Assembly (NCBI RefSeq): GCF_001194135.2
Contig: NC_068984.1
Span: 66,889,227 to 66,932,548, forward strand
Direction of reading: 5' to 3'
DNA: 43,322 nucleotides
DNA from: Octopus bimaculoides
Lineage: Eukaryota
Part shown: piece by piece, positions 12,640 to 24,233 of the stretch
How positions within the stretch are numbered: position 1 is the stretch's first letter
Layout: each line of letters opens with the position of its first letter
Translations under genes and position numbers: made by a program
Notes under the pieces: generated by a model
What the model was told of the DNA's origin: nothing
The model's input: only the letters and a program-made list of their open reading frames with translations
Databases searched by the model: none

Positions 12640-12685
12640 TGTAGATGTTCTATCTTTAACAATGTAGATGTTCTATCTTTAACAA
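12640..12685. repeat. Perfect 23-bp tandem duplication
   Basis: TGTAGATGTTCTATCTTTAACAA x2. Confidence 0.95.
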
Positions 12686-12723
12686 TAAAGCTATCCATAC
12701 AAGTTGAAATTCCTGGTCAAGTA

Positions 12724-12943
12724 TATTCTTTTCTACTCTAGGCATAAGGCTTGAAATTTTGGAGGACGGAGCAGTCGATTAGATCGACCCCAGTACGCAA
12801 CTGGTACTTAATTTATTGACCCCCACAAAAGGATGAAAGGCAAAGTCGACCTCGGTGGAATTTGAACTCAGAACGTAAAGACAAACAAAATACCACCAAG
12901 CATTTCGCCTGGCATGCTAATGTTTCTGCCAGCTCACCACCTT
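12724..12943 (-). mobile_element. SINE family A, full length, well preserved (tRNA head + Meta/MESC-like central domain)
   Basis: Minus strand: AAGGTGGTGAGCTGGCAGAAAC (A-box), GAGTTCAAATTCC (B-box), CCGAGGTCGACTTTGCCTTTCATCC…AATAAATTAAGTACCAG. The central-domain assignment is from recall. Confidence 0.9.
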
Positions 12944-13046
12944 CCTGGTCAAGCATATTAGTCACAAAATATGTATTGTATTGGAACAACTGCAACTACT
13001 GAACTCAAAATAATACCATAAATTATAGTCTTTGTTTCAATATACA

Positions 13047-13290
13047 TATCTTTTACTTGTTTCAGTCATTTGATGTGGCCATGCTGAGGCACAACTTTGA
13101 AGAGTTTTTAGTCAAACAAATTGACCCCAGTACTTACATTTTTTAATGCCTGGTACTTATCCTATTGGTCTCTTTTGTTGAACTACTAAGTTGCAGGGAT
13201 GTAAACACCCCAACACGGGTTGTCAAGCACTGATGGGGGACAATACAGACATAAAGATGCACATAAATACATGCACACACACACACCTAT
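13047..13290 (-). mobile_element. SINE family B 3' tail (type 1), probably belonging to the head at 13863-14011
   Basis: TCTTTTACTTGTTTCAGTCATTTG…TTGACCCCAG…CTAAGTTGCAGGGATGTAAACAC matches 16460-16640. Confidence 0.8.
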
Positions 13291-13529
13291 ATAAATAAAT
13301 ATAAGAATGATACTATTTCTAAAAATAATATCGTTAGTAGCTGTGAGCATACAGCCATATAGGCAAATTAACAAGGTATATATAAAATATATAGATATAT
13401 TTATATATACTAGGGTATTACATAAACACCTGCTTCACTAAAAATAGAAGTCAAAATACTTCCAAACCACAGAAGATATGTATATGCATATGTATGTGTA
13501 TATATATATATATATATATATACATACAT

Positions 13530-13830
13530 GTGGAGGTGCATGGCTTAGTGGTTAGGGTGCTGGACTCACAATTATGAAGTCATGGTTTTGATTTCTAGAC
13601 TGAGCATTACTTTGTGTTCTTGAGCAAAACACTTCGTTTCACACTGCTCTGCAATCATTTCATCATCTGACTTGTGGCACATGGTGCACCTCTACAGGTA
13701 ATGTCGATTTGATGGAGTGAATGAGTTTATGTAAGCACAAATATTTGATCACTATAAACAAATCATGTGTGGTTGTTCGGCAAGAAATTGCCAAACCCTC
13801 ATATATCATCTAATGACAAGAGAGTCCATT
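13530..13830 (+). mobile_element. tRNA-derived SINE (family D) sharing the GTGGAGG head
   Basis: GTGGAGGTGCATGGCTTAGTGGTTAGGGTG (A-box), GGTTTTGATTTC (B-box), TGTGTTCTTGAGCAAAACACTT core; body differs from family C. Confidence 0.75.
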
Positions 13831-13862
13831 ATGTATGTACACATACACACACATACATACAT

Positions 13863-14011
13863 GATGGGCTTCTTTCAGTTTCTGCCTACCAAATCTACTC
13901 ACAAGGATTCGGTTGACCTGAGGTTAGAGTAGAAGACACTTGCTCAAGCTGACATACAATGGTACTGAATCCAGAACCATGTAGTTAGGAAGCAAACTTC
14001 TTACCACACAG
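13863..14011 (-). mobile_element. SINE family B head
   Basis: Reverse complement of GCTGTGTGGTAAGAAGTTTGCTTCC…GTGTCTTCTACT…GGCAGAAACTGAAAGAAGCCCATC. Confidence 0.85.
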
Positions 14012-14089
14012 CAATAGCCATGCTCATCACATGGTACATACCACCTTCGTCACTGCTACTTTCCCTTTTATTCGAGGGTGTTTTTGCTG

Positions 14090-14295
14090 CTAGTTACTTG
14101 GTAACCACACTGGTGCTGGTGTCATATACAAAGCTCCCAGCACACTCTACATTGGTTGAAAGTAGGAAGGGCATCCAGCTGCAGAAACTAAGCAGAAAGA
14201 CAAAGCTTGGTACATTCCTTTGGCCTACCAGCTCCTGTCAAACTGTCCAACCCATGCCAGCATGGATAATGGATGTTAAATGGGGGTGATGGTGA
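14090..14295 (+). mobile_element. RTE-type 3' terminal fragment (family E)
   Basis: AGGAAGGGCATCCAGCTGCAGAAAC…TCCAACCCATGCCAGCATGGATAATGGATGTTAAATG, repeated at 15740, 22700 and 35930. Confidence 0.75.
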
Positions 14296-14309
14296 TATAT
14301 GTATATATA

Positions 14310-14443
14310 TTCAAATTCTGCTGAGGTCGACTTATCCTTTCAGGGTTGATAAAGTAAGTACCAGTTGCATACTGGGGTCGATCTAATCGACTGCCACCTG
14401 CCCCCAAAATCTCAGGCTTTGTGCCTAGAGTAGAAAAGATATA
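14310..14443 (+). mobile_element. SINE family A, 5'-truncated
   Basis: TTCAAATTCTGCTGAGGTCGAC…AAGTACCAGTTGCATACTGGGGTCGATCTAATCGAC…GTGCCTAGAGTAGAAAAG. Confidence 0.85.
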
Positions 14444-15739
14444 TGTATATATACATATATAGAATTATTAATGCAATATATGTTTATCTCCCCTTTTCTT
14501 TCATGGTCACAAACAATCGCTGCTTCTTATAGAATAAAAAGGAAGTTTCAATTGATTAATATTAATTGAAATTTTTTGCATTCAGTACACAGCCTGTTAA
14601 TTAAATAATCCACATTCCTGTCATTAGCTCATTTGAGCTATTTCTCTTGGTTCATTTTATTTTTATACCCATGATGTATAGATGCGTTTTACTTATATCT
14701 GTTTTAATGTTCAACATCATAAAATACATATATAAACATGTTGTTGCAATGTAATGTATTTATCTATCTATTTCTCCCTCACTCTTTTAGAAATATATAG
14801 TGTTTGATTTATAGGCATGTTAATTGATTTTGAGACAGGGCAAGTAAGTGAAACCACTAAAACAGCAGAAGATCACATATGAGTTTAGAGAGTATGGTAA
14901 TGGTGTCGACGGTGATAATGGGGATGAATGAGGTGGTAACAGTAATGGTGGTTGAAGATAATGAAATTGATGCATTTATATATTTTACAAACAGTATTTC
15001 AGCTGTTCAAATATTTTTCTGTAAGTAGCTACCATTAAGAATAACAAGTGATGTCAAATAGTTTTTTTTAGGTTTTCTTTTTCTCTTTTACCTCATTTTT
15101 ATGAGACTCTCCACTTTTGACCAACATTTTCAAATATATCTTGCTCTTCATATTTCTACAAACAACTCATCATCATCATCATATCGTTATCCTCCTCTTC
15201 TTCATCGTATCATCATCATAATCATTTAACTGCAATAGCATAAATCCTCCTTTAACCATTACAGCTTTCATAATCAGCTGCGGTACTGTGATTGCACAAT
15301 TAATTACTCCCGGTTGTTCATGGGACTTGAATTCCTAATTGGAATTTGAACTCAAAATGCAGAGCGCTAAAACAGATACTGCAAAGGCAACCCAGCAACC
15401 CTTTCAACAATTTTGTCAATCCACCATCCCCGAATAGAATGTTATTCTTTGACTCCAAAATGTAAAGTCAATTTTGGTAGGATTTAAACTCAGAAACTTA
15501 CAAGAAATACCATGAGACTGTATTTCTTAAAATGAGTTCCATGTAAACAATTCTAGGGTTTGGTTCTGCAAGATAAGGCTTGTTTGTTTGTTTTTACATC
15601 CCTCTATCTACTCTTTCATGAGTTTGACGTGTATATTATCAAGTCTGTCTTACAGCTTGATGTAATTCTTGTTGCTAATCATTATCTGCATTTCAAGTAA
15701 GGTGTTTTTCAATGAATCATCATCATCCTCATCATCCTC

Positions 15740-16035
15740 ATTTAATGTCTGTTGTCCATGCTGGCATGGGTTTGATGGTTTGACAGGAGCTGACCAGCTG
15801 AATGGCTGTTCAGGATCCCAATCTGTTTTGGCACGGTTTCTATGGCCGGATGCCCTTCCTAATGCCAGCCACTTTATAGAGTGTACTGGGTGCTTTTTCA
15901 CAGCACCAGTATGGGTGCTTTTTATGTGGCACCAATACTTATGAGCCTGCAAAATTAGGAATTCTCAGTTAGAGAGGGTTCCAAGGACAGCCACACTTTT
16001 ACTTAACTTGATGTGTCTTTCCAAGCACAGTAATC
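15740..16035 (-). mobile_element. RTE-type 3' terminal fragment (family E) with (GAT)n tail
   Basis: TTTAATGTCTGTTGTCCATGCTGGCATGGG…CCGGATGCCCTTCCTAATGCCAGCCAC, preceded by (CAT)n. Confidence 0.8.
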
Positions 16036-16134
16036 TTTTATAAATGGTATTTACTAGGAAGTGTGAAACTTGAAGCTATAAATGATAGTATGTAATATTG
16101 GATTAAAGAAACCCTTTGGATAATAAAAGACAAA

Positions 16135-16203
16135 TGCTGCTTGTGGGACTGGAACCCATATCTCATTGAGACATGGCAGGTGTTCTGCTATTAGACAAAA
16201 GCA
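16135..16203 (-). other. Possible decayed tRNA-like / SINE-head fragment
   Basis: Minus strand has GTCTAATAG (A-box-like) and GGGTTCCAGTCCC (B-box-like) about 30 nt apart; I could not build a clean cloverleaf. Confidence 0.3.
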
Positions 16204-16454
16204 ATTCTTCAAGTTTTTTTTTCCATCAATTTTAGAAACTTAATTCTTACCAGTGGGAATTGTTTCTTGTTAATGTCATAAGAATTTAGAAACTTTGAGA
16301 GAAAATGTGAAATAATTCTTTTATGGAATGGTGAAACTCAAAGCAAATAAAGCTATAGATAATAGTGTGTTATTGAGTTGAAAACTCCTTCGGATAGAAA
16401 AATGTTGAAGGCTGCCTTTGGGACTTGTTCAGAATAAATTATTTATATATATCT

Positions 16455-16803
16455 TTTAGTTTTTACTTGTTTCAGTAATCAGACTGTGACTATGAAGTAT
16501 TTTTAGTCAAATGAATTGGCACTAGCATTTTTTTTAAAGCATGGTTCTCATTCTGTCAGTCTCTTTTACTAAACTATGGGGATGTAAACACACCAACATC
16601 TGTAGTCAAGTGATGGTGGGTGGGGGGGACAAACACAGACACACACACACACACACACATAACTGGTTTCTGTCAGTTTCTGTCTGCCAAATCCATTCAC
16701 AAGGCTTTGGTCAGCCCGAGGTTATAGTAGAAGGTTGTATATGCCCCAGGTGCCATGCAATGGGACTGAATGTGGAACCATGTGGTTGGGAAGCAAACTT
16801 CTT
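16455..16803 (-). mobile_element. SINE family B, near full length (head + (TG)n + type-1 tail)
   Basis: Head at 16662-16803 matches 3000-3142; tail at 16455-16640 matches 13047-13260. Confidence 0.85.
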
Positions 16804-17270
16804 AAAATTAATATAGTGAAGGTGCAACGTAAATGTAGGTATGGATTTTGTGATATTTACAAAATCCCCTAAATGTTCTGTGATGAAATAAGTTTGGGGG
16901 CCATGGTATTAACTCTTCAGCATTTAGATTATTTTGCCAAATGTAATAATTTATCATTCATTATCTCATAGCTTCAAGATTTTGATCATGTAATTATGTA
17001 TTTTTTGAATGACATTGTAGAGTTCATGTAAGAGGCTAGATCTGTCTAGTTTGAACAGAAAATAAGTAGAATATTTGGGCTAGATAAAGGGTAAAGACCC
17101 TTTCAGTCATGAATGACCATAGGATTGCATCTAGAAAATTAGCCTTTGTGTCACAAGTCTGGGCAAAATTGTTTATGAAACACCATGCATACCAGCCTCT
17201 CCTCTCCACTCTACCAATGTTATCCAAGAGAAAGGCAAAAGCCAATACAACTTGGCACCAGTGATGTTGT

Positions 17271-17415
17271 AACTCATTTCTATAGCTGAATGAACTGGAG
17301 CAAGGTGAAATAAAGTGTCTGGTTCAAGAAGTTCAAGAACACAACTCACAGCCTGTTCTGAGAATCAAACTCAATATCTCATGATTGTGAGCCTGATGCT
17401 CTAACCACTGAAACA
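17271..17415 (-). mobile_element. Decayed tRNA-derived SINE related to the V-like family
   Basis: AACTGGAGCAAGGTGAAATAAAGTG…CAAGAACACAAC…GAATCAAAC…CTAACCACTGA matches 34490-34600. Confidence 0.7.
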
Positions 17416-17539
17416 TATGGTTATTTTTAATGCTAAAAGTTTAACGCATTCTGTTTGATAATTTAATAAAGCTGCTAATTTTCCCACAACCACTAATACA
17501 CAGTGTTTCCTCTCTTAATGATTTTTCAAGCTCAACCAG

Positions 17540-18185
17540 CAGGTGTGGCTGTGTGTTTAAGAAGCTTGCTTTCCAATCATATGGTCTTGGCTTCAGTCAC
17601 ATTATGCAGCACTTTGGGAAAGTGTCTTCAAGTCAGTCAATGATGACAGTCTTGTGAGTAGATTTGGTATATGGAAACTGAAAAAGACCTGTTGTATATG
17701 TGTAAGCATGCATATATTTATACATGTATTTTTACGCATATGTTTGTGTGTACCCTAGTCTAGACCAGTGCTCTGCAACCATTTTTCACTTGTGCTACAC
17801 TTATATTCTTTTCAAAATTCAGCAGAACACCTGGACTAAAACTGTCACTAAAATCATAGGGAAAGAATTATATTCAGGTTACACTGTGACATACCTAGCA
17901 TCATCTCGTGACACACCAGTGTGCCATGGCATACCAGTTGCAGAACACTGGTCTGGACATCATGCAATGACTGTGAATGAGCTGAGCAATCACTGTCATA
18001 CAAGTGAGGTTGTTTGTTTCCTGCCTTCCATGATAAACATATCTTGCTATGGTAAGATATTACCTTATTTGGAAACAGGTAAGGATTGTAGACAAAAAGA
18101 GCATCCAGCTGTCGAAATCTGCCTCTACAAATTCTGTTTGCCCTATGCAAACATGCAAAAAGTGGATGTTAAATGATGATGATGG
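17540..18185 (+). mobile_element. SINE family B head + RTE-like tail, interrupted by a hAT MITE
   Basis: Head GGTGTGGCTGTGTG…AAGAAGCTTGCTT; tail …GGAAACAGGTAAGG…GAGCATCCAGCTG…GGATGTTAAATGATGATG. Confidence 0.8.
17766..17950. mobile_element. hAT (Charlie-like) MITE, 185 bp
   Basis: 14-bp TIRs CAGTGCTCTGCAAC / GTTGCAGAACACTG (1 mismatch); TSD GTCTAGAC (17758-17765) / GTCTGGAC (17951-17958), fitting the Charlie NTCTAGAN preference. Confidence 0.9.
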
Positions 18186-18389
18186 TTATGTGAACTACCA
18201 AGTTGCATAACGCTCTCTCCTCATTACCTAAGCCAATCTGACATACTCATTTCTCCTTCATTCACATTCCCTAAATTGTCTCACCTATTACTCCAAAATT
18301 TTTCCACAATTACACTTCTCCCAGACTTCCTACCTGTCCAGAGATATATCTCTCTGGAACTTGATTCCTGGTCATGTAGTTGTTATTGT

Positions 18390-18600
18390 TGTTTAACCCC
18401 ACCTCCACCCTCATTCCAAGTCAGTCATGACTGAGTCAACCAGTGATCAAAGATGTTCCACATATGACCATCCTGAAGTTTTGTATATTCAAGACAACAT
18501 TATCCTATGTTTTCTTTTTGAAGATAGTAGCATCTGATTTGAGAGAGATTTGGCAGAAATGTCTGGAGATCTAGCAACTGTTTAAAGATGACCTCACATT
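18390..18600 (+). repeat. Family F repeat copy
   Basis: GATCAAAGATGTTCC…ATGACCATCC…GATTTGAGAGAGATTTGGC. Confidence 0.6.
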
Positions 18601-19124
18601 TGACCCAGACATGAAAATTCAAAATTTTAAACTACGTTAAATGCAAGCCTTTATATTCAACAAAATGGTCTCAAGCTTTCATAATTCCAGTGGTGTCTAT
18701 CAGTTCCATATGATATTAATTACAATACTTGTTCATTAACGGTATATTTCTTAATAAACATATCTAATATGTTTGTACATCAGTGTGTGTATCCATATCC
18801 TAGAACCTTGATATGCAATGTTTTTATTTTTTTTTGGGGGGGGGGAATGATCATACCATTTTTTTGTAGACAAGAATCAGATAAGGCTTAGAAATTGTAA
18901 ACTGAGGATACCGACTAATTAGTTGGTCATGCCTGTGTAATTAATCACTGCTAGATACGGTAGGACATCTTGCAAATACAAGATTGATCACTTTATTAAA
19001 TTTTCAAGAAATGACTTCTCCTTCTCCACTTCCTGCGCCTCCTCCTCCTCTGCTTCTTCTTCCTCTGCCTCCTTCTCTGCCTTCTCCTCCTCTCCTCCTT
19101 TTCCTCCTCCTTATGCTTGTCTAA

Positions 19125-19415
19125 GACCTAAAAGATTCGGTTGTTTATCTCAAGGTCAACTACCATCCTATAACAAACTAATGATCAGAAGCATTCCAGT
19201 TATGACCTTCCCTTCCACACACTCCACCACTATCACCTCACCTCCAGTACCACCACCCTCCACCACTACCAGATACAGCATCTAAAGATTACTTTATAAT
19301 ATTATTCAATATATTCCTTTTTCATTTTCAAGACAGTACAACATGATTTGATGAAGACTATTTACTGTTTGCTATTTCTAGCAGGTCATGGAACCATGTA
19401 AAGACTTTCCTGTGA
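19125..19415 (+). repeat. Family F repeat copy with a (CAC)n insert
   Basis: AAGCATTCCAGTTATGACC…AAGACAGTA…GCTATTTCTAGCAGGTC. Confidence 0.65.
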
Positions 19416-19814
19416 TTGTTTGTCAGATTGGATTAGATTGGAATGGTTTATTCAGCTGTTGGCTATGAATAACAAGAGTCCAGAATAACAAGGCACAAGT
19501 AAAGAGAGCAAATTCATTCACACAGAAATTCATTTCCTGTAGTAAACCCTTCAACAGTTACATAACACTTTGAATGTAAAAATTATGAATAAAATATTAA
19601 ACAAACAGGAAACGCCAGAGTTGAAATCTTATAATTTAAAGTGCAACTACTAAAATTCTATTTAAATATTTTTTTAAGGAATTTGAGGGCGGTTGTTAGG
19701 ATTTATTTCCATGTTGTTTATTTTGGGGGCTTTATTGTGAGGAGTCATAAATTGGCTTGATAAAGATGGAGTATAACAATTAAAATTTAATGGAGTTAAT
19801 ATTTTAGTTCAGGG

Positions 19815-19816
19815 AG

Positions 19817-19865
<49 letters not shown>

Positions 19866-20253
19866 ATGTGTATGTGTCTATGTTTGTGTGTATGTGTGAA
19901 TACAGAGAGGAAGAGAGAGAAAGAGGGAAAGGTAGAAAGAGAAAGGAAGAGTAAGAGAGGAAAGAGAAAGAAAAAGAGTGTGGGGAGAGAAAAGAAGAAA
20001 TGAGAGAGAGAGAGAGAGAGAATGTAGATGTAAAAGAAGAGTTGTGTGCTTGTGAAAAAGAAAGAGTTTATAACTGTATGTGTGTGCAAAGAGAGAGAGA
20101 GAGAGAGAATGAGAGGAAAATAGAGAGAGGGGGATGATAGAAAGGCAGAAAGTAACAGGGAGAGAAAGAGTAAGTGAGAGAAAAGCGAGAGAGAGAATGG
20201 CAGTGTAAAACAAGAGTTGTGCTTTGATGAAGAAAGATTATATATCTATGTGT

Positions 20254-20311
<58 letters not shown>

Positions 20312-20325
20312 GGAGGATGAGAGAG
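19815..20325. repeat. ~500-bp (GA)n-rich polypurine tract
   Basis: Several (GA)n runs joined by purine-rich sequence. Confidence 0.9.
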
Positions 20326-20825
20326 AAGCAGTCTGTTACTTGCTGATGAATTACATTATTAGTTATATCTCTGCAGGTTGTAATTCTTCTGCTAAGGCTA
20401 AACTACCTGAGACAAAAACAGTTTTAATGTATTCATATTTAAATTTAAATTTAAACCTTCCATCACAATTATATCAAAGAACCTTTTGTTAAATATTGTT
20501 CCAGCCAGCAGCTTAGTAAGGAAGAGTCAGTTGTTTTACTAAATAACCTCCAAATTCTGGATTATTTTCAAAATAAATTCAAACATGTAGGAATTGTTGT
20601 TTCAATAGAAACATGATCTTTGAAAGGTTAAAGACATGTTTTGCTGTTGTTGTTTTTGTTTTCCATGTCAGAAGATGAAAAGTGCTGTTCATAATCCTTT
20701 GCTGAACTACCACATCAGGTGGTAAGAAGGGCAGATCAAAATGTGTTAATCTTTAATCCAACATCCTGCCTTATCTGCCTATCAAGCGGGCAGGTTGTGG
20801 TGTTATACCAGGTGATGGATTAAAT

Positions 20826-21094
20826 CAGTGGTTCCCAAAGAGGGTGGTATTGCCCCCCCCCCCACCTTAGGAGAAATAGAAAAAAGTGGGGTGACCAAAA
20901 ATGGGTGATAGGTGCAAAAGAACCCAAAAATAATAGGTTAATTAGGTTAAGTTTTATTTGTGGAATACAATTGTTTTGAATTTGCTGCAGACAGTGGTCT
21001 GTGTTTATAGGGGTGAGTGGGTGTGCAGATGTGGGCTAGGAATGTGACCTGGGGACTAAGGGGGTGGCAGACTGAAAAACTTTGGGAGCCACTG
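20826..21094. mobile_element. hAT (Charlie/MER5-like) MITE, 269 bp
   Basis: 15-bp TIRs CAGTGGTTCCCAAAG / CTTTGGGAGCCACTG (1 mismatch); perfect 8-bp TSD GATTAAAT at 20818-20825 and 21095-21102. Confidence 0.93.
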
Positions 21095-22329
21095 GATTAA
21101 ATCTTAAATCTACCACTCAAGAAAATGAACAGCCTTGCCATCAGGTTTCCTCACGAGGCTTTGGTAAGCTCTTGGCTATAAGTGAAGATAATTGCTCATG
21201 AAAACATGCAATGGGATCAAACATTGTTTTACATTTCTGCTGTAGGCACAAGGCTTGAAATTTTAATATTTAGTTAAGAAAACAAAACCCATTAGGTTTT
21301 TAGTTGAAATCCTGCAAAGATGATCTCTGAAGTTAACCTTTCTATGGTTGACAAAATAAACTATCAGTTAAGTGTTCAAGTTGATCTAATGGATTGTTCC
21401 CTCCTTGTAAATATGTGACCTCATGCTGGTCATACATTTGATCTACCAAGGTTCACTCGGCACTATATAACAGTAACAACAAAGGAATGATAAAATGCTA
21501 TGCATTGTGTATTAAATCCATATCAATATATGCCCAGCCTCAACCATTCAATACTTCTTTTCCTCATATATGCTTTTCAAGCCACATAGAGGGCTTCTAT
21601 GTGTTTGCATAAAATACTAAAGGGGACAGCCAAATCTCTCTTAAGTTACACCTTACTATCTTAAAATGGGGAAAGAGACTTTGGGTAATGTCATCTAACA
21701 CAAACTCACAGCAAAATGGAGGCTGTTAAGTAGTCATTGAAAGTGCTAGAAATAACAGTCCAATTTCCTCAAAAAACACATCATTATCACTTTAAAAACC
21801 AAAAAGGTAAATTGACCAAGATTGCCCTAAATTGCCCTCCAGATGTTACCAGAAATATGGGATCCTTACAATTGAAACATTTTTTTTTTTGTTATGTCTA
21901 CTCAATCAGTACTGATCTGGTGCAAAATAACAACAACAACAATATTTCCTGTTTGCTGCTTTATTAATACATATAAGGCAGCTAGCCAATTGACGGAGTC
22001 TTTGGAGTGTTAGATAGATTGCTTTATATTAATGTTCCAACTCTCTGTGTTCTGAGTTTAAATCTTGATGAGGTCAAATTTGCCTGTCCTGAGAGATGTT
22101 GAATCTTTTCTTTCTCTCACCCTTTATTCATACCCTTTTCTCTTTTTATAGAAGAAATTAAAAATGGCTGTGAGACCTGCAGAGGGATGGGCTTCACCTA
22201 AAATTGAAATAGCATCAAATAAATGATGTTATATATGAGCGGAGAATCAGTTAATTATGATTTTATTCAATATATTCCCATCTTAGATTCACATGCTTAT
22301 TACAATGGTCCTTCAGTTTTTCTAAGTCC

Positions 22330-22853
22330 TGTAAATGAATGCAGAAGGTTGGGCCTCTAACCAGACCCTTTGCAATACCTTTAAAGCCAGGAACTTTTCA
22401 GCACTAACTCAAATGTCATGACAGTGCACCTAATATTCCACAAAAGAGTTGAGAGTCTAAGACAAGGAAAATACACAAACACACACAAATGCATCATATG
22501 ACTTGACTCCTATCCCCTATCCTCTACCCTTTTCCAAATGGGGATGCCTTATATCTCTTCTACAGTAAGACACTTGTTTTCCATTGCACAATCATACATT
22601 AACCTCTCATCACCTGGCACAAAGCCTCCTCTCTTAATGCCTCTCCCTCTGCTTTTGAGGGATTTTGTCTTGTGAGTTACTTGGTGACAGTGTGACATGT
22701 CAAAAGCATCCGGTATACTGTGTAAAGTGGTTGACTAGAGGGAGGGCATCCAACCGAAGAAACCATGCTCAAACAGACATTGGAGCTCAGCTACAATTTT
22801 TTGGTTTGTTGGTTCCTGTCAAACTGTCCAACTCATGCCAGCATGAAAAACTG
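22330..22853 (+). mobile_element. Decayed RTE LINE 3' end (C-terminal remnant + family E 3' UTR)
   Basis: GGGCATCCAACCGAAGAAACC…TGTCCAACTCATGCCAGCATGAAAA terminus; upstream resembles the 3' portion of the 40.2-40.7 kb RTE. Confidence 0.6.
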
Positions 22854-22899
22854 ATATATNNNNNNNNNNGTATATGTATATATATATGTATAGTTTTTG

Positions 22900-23230
22900 G
22901 CGAGTATGTGGGTGAGCATGTGTGTGCTTCAAGCGAGGGTAGTTTAGTATATACATATAGGCGAATGTACAGATTGGCGCGCTTACGCGAACACTATAGA
23001 TTTTTCTACTCCCTTACCTTTACCCTCTCCCCTTACTTAGCAGTCTAAAGCTCCTTTGTCTTAATAACGGTCAACCACACAGCAATTTCCCTTTGTTTAA
23101 CGGCCATTTTTCACAGGAATTTTCAATGGCCGGATAACTGAAGAGATGTTGGTGTGGGTTCCCACCCCGGCATCCGAAACTCGGAGTTTTATCATGGCTA
23201 CCAAATAAGTGTCACATATTTTTACAGATA
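22900..23230 (+). mobile_element. CpG-rich segment carrying a hammerhead; probable Penelope-like element terminal repeat or retrozyme remnant
   Basis: Many retained CpGs against a CpG-poor background; contains CTGAAGAG…CCGAAAC; bounded by TA microsatellites. The PLE assignment is inferred. Confidence 0.5.
23127..23200 (+). ncRNA. Type I hammerhead ribozyme motif
   Basis: Stem I GAUAA (23133-37) / UUAUC (23189-93) plus distal UGGCC/GGCUA; CUGAAGA 23138-44; stem II GAUGUUGG/CCGGCAUC capped by GUGG/CCAC; GAAA 23176-79; stem III ACU/AGU; cleavage triplet GUU after 23188. Confidence 0.75.
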
Positions 23231-23329
23231 TATATATATATATACATAATGTGTGCATGTGTGTGTGTGTATGTGAAGGAAAGAAACAGATAAATAGAGA
23301 TATTATCATCGTCACACTATCATTATCTA

Positions 23330-23355
23330 TATACATACGTACATGCATGCACGCA

Positions 23356-23389
<34 letters not shown>

Positions 23390-23488
23390 GTTTATACATT
23401 TTATGTTGTAACGAAGGGTTATTACAGAATATGATGTTGTAGAAAGAGCAGAAAAATAACTCATTAGTGAGAATTGATAAAGTGTTTA

Positions 23489-23519
<31 letters not shown>

Positions 23520-23615
23520 AATACACATACACACACATACACATATATATATATTTATACATGTACATATATGTAAGTATGTATATATGTATGTATATAT
23601 ATATATATATACACA
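23330..23615. repeat. (CATA)n/(TA)n/(CA)n microsatellites
   Basis: Direct reading. Confidence 0.85.
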
Positions 23616-24189
23616 TATTGTGTCTTCATATATGAAAGACAGTTAGTTACCTGTAATTGCCCATTGTCCATCTGCCTAATGTTATTTCAAGATGAAGGTT
23701 TGAGATGAATTAACTAGAGATAGTTAAAAGTTTATTGAGGCAGTTAAATCAATGACTTGAGAAAGAGCAGCTGTATAAAATCTCCTTCAACTTAGGGAGT
23801 ATAGTTGGATGCCAATTAATAGCTGTTTCTTATTTTTAATAAATTTCTCATTTTAGTGCTTAGAGTATTTCAAGTGACAAAATCTTCAAAAATCCATGAA
23901 ATGAAGGAAAGAGATTTTTTTCATTTTTATTTATATTATTATTATTTTTTTTTTATGATGTTCTTTCTCTTCAGAATCACAAACTAGATTTCTAGATTTG
24001 TTTTTATCCAAAAGCAAATTACAAACAGAATTTCTAAAAAACATTAATTATAAAATATTTCTCCAGAAGTATTCAATGTTAGCTTGTCAGAATGTTGTCA
24101 TGATTTTCAATACTCTACTACAAAAGGTTTAGGGATAATTTAAGCAACTAAACTCTCTTATCTCAGTTTCTTTAGTTAACACATCATCA

Positions 24190-24233
<44 letters not shown>

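Noticed and set aside
18902-18935. CTGAGGA followed by the ~18-bp near-palindrome ACCGACTAATTAGTTGGT
   Set aside because: No GAAA after the stem; too short to call anything.
21008-21066. G-quadruplex in the hAT MITE
   Set aside because: The G-runs are separated by loops of up to ~16 nt, so it is a weak candidate.
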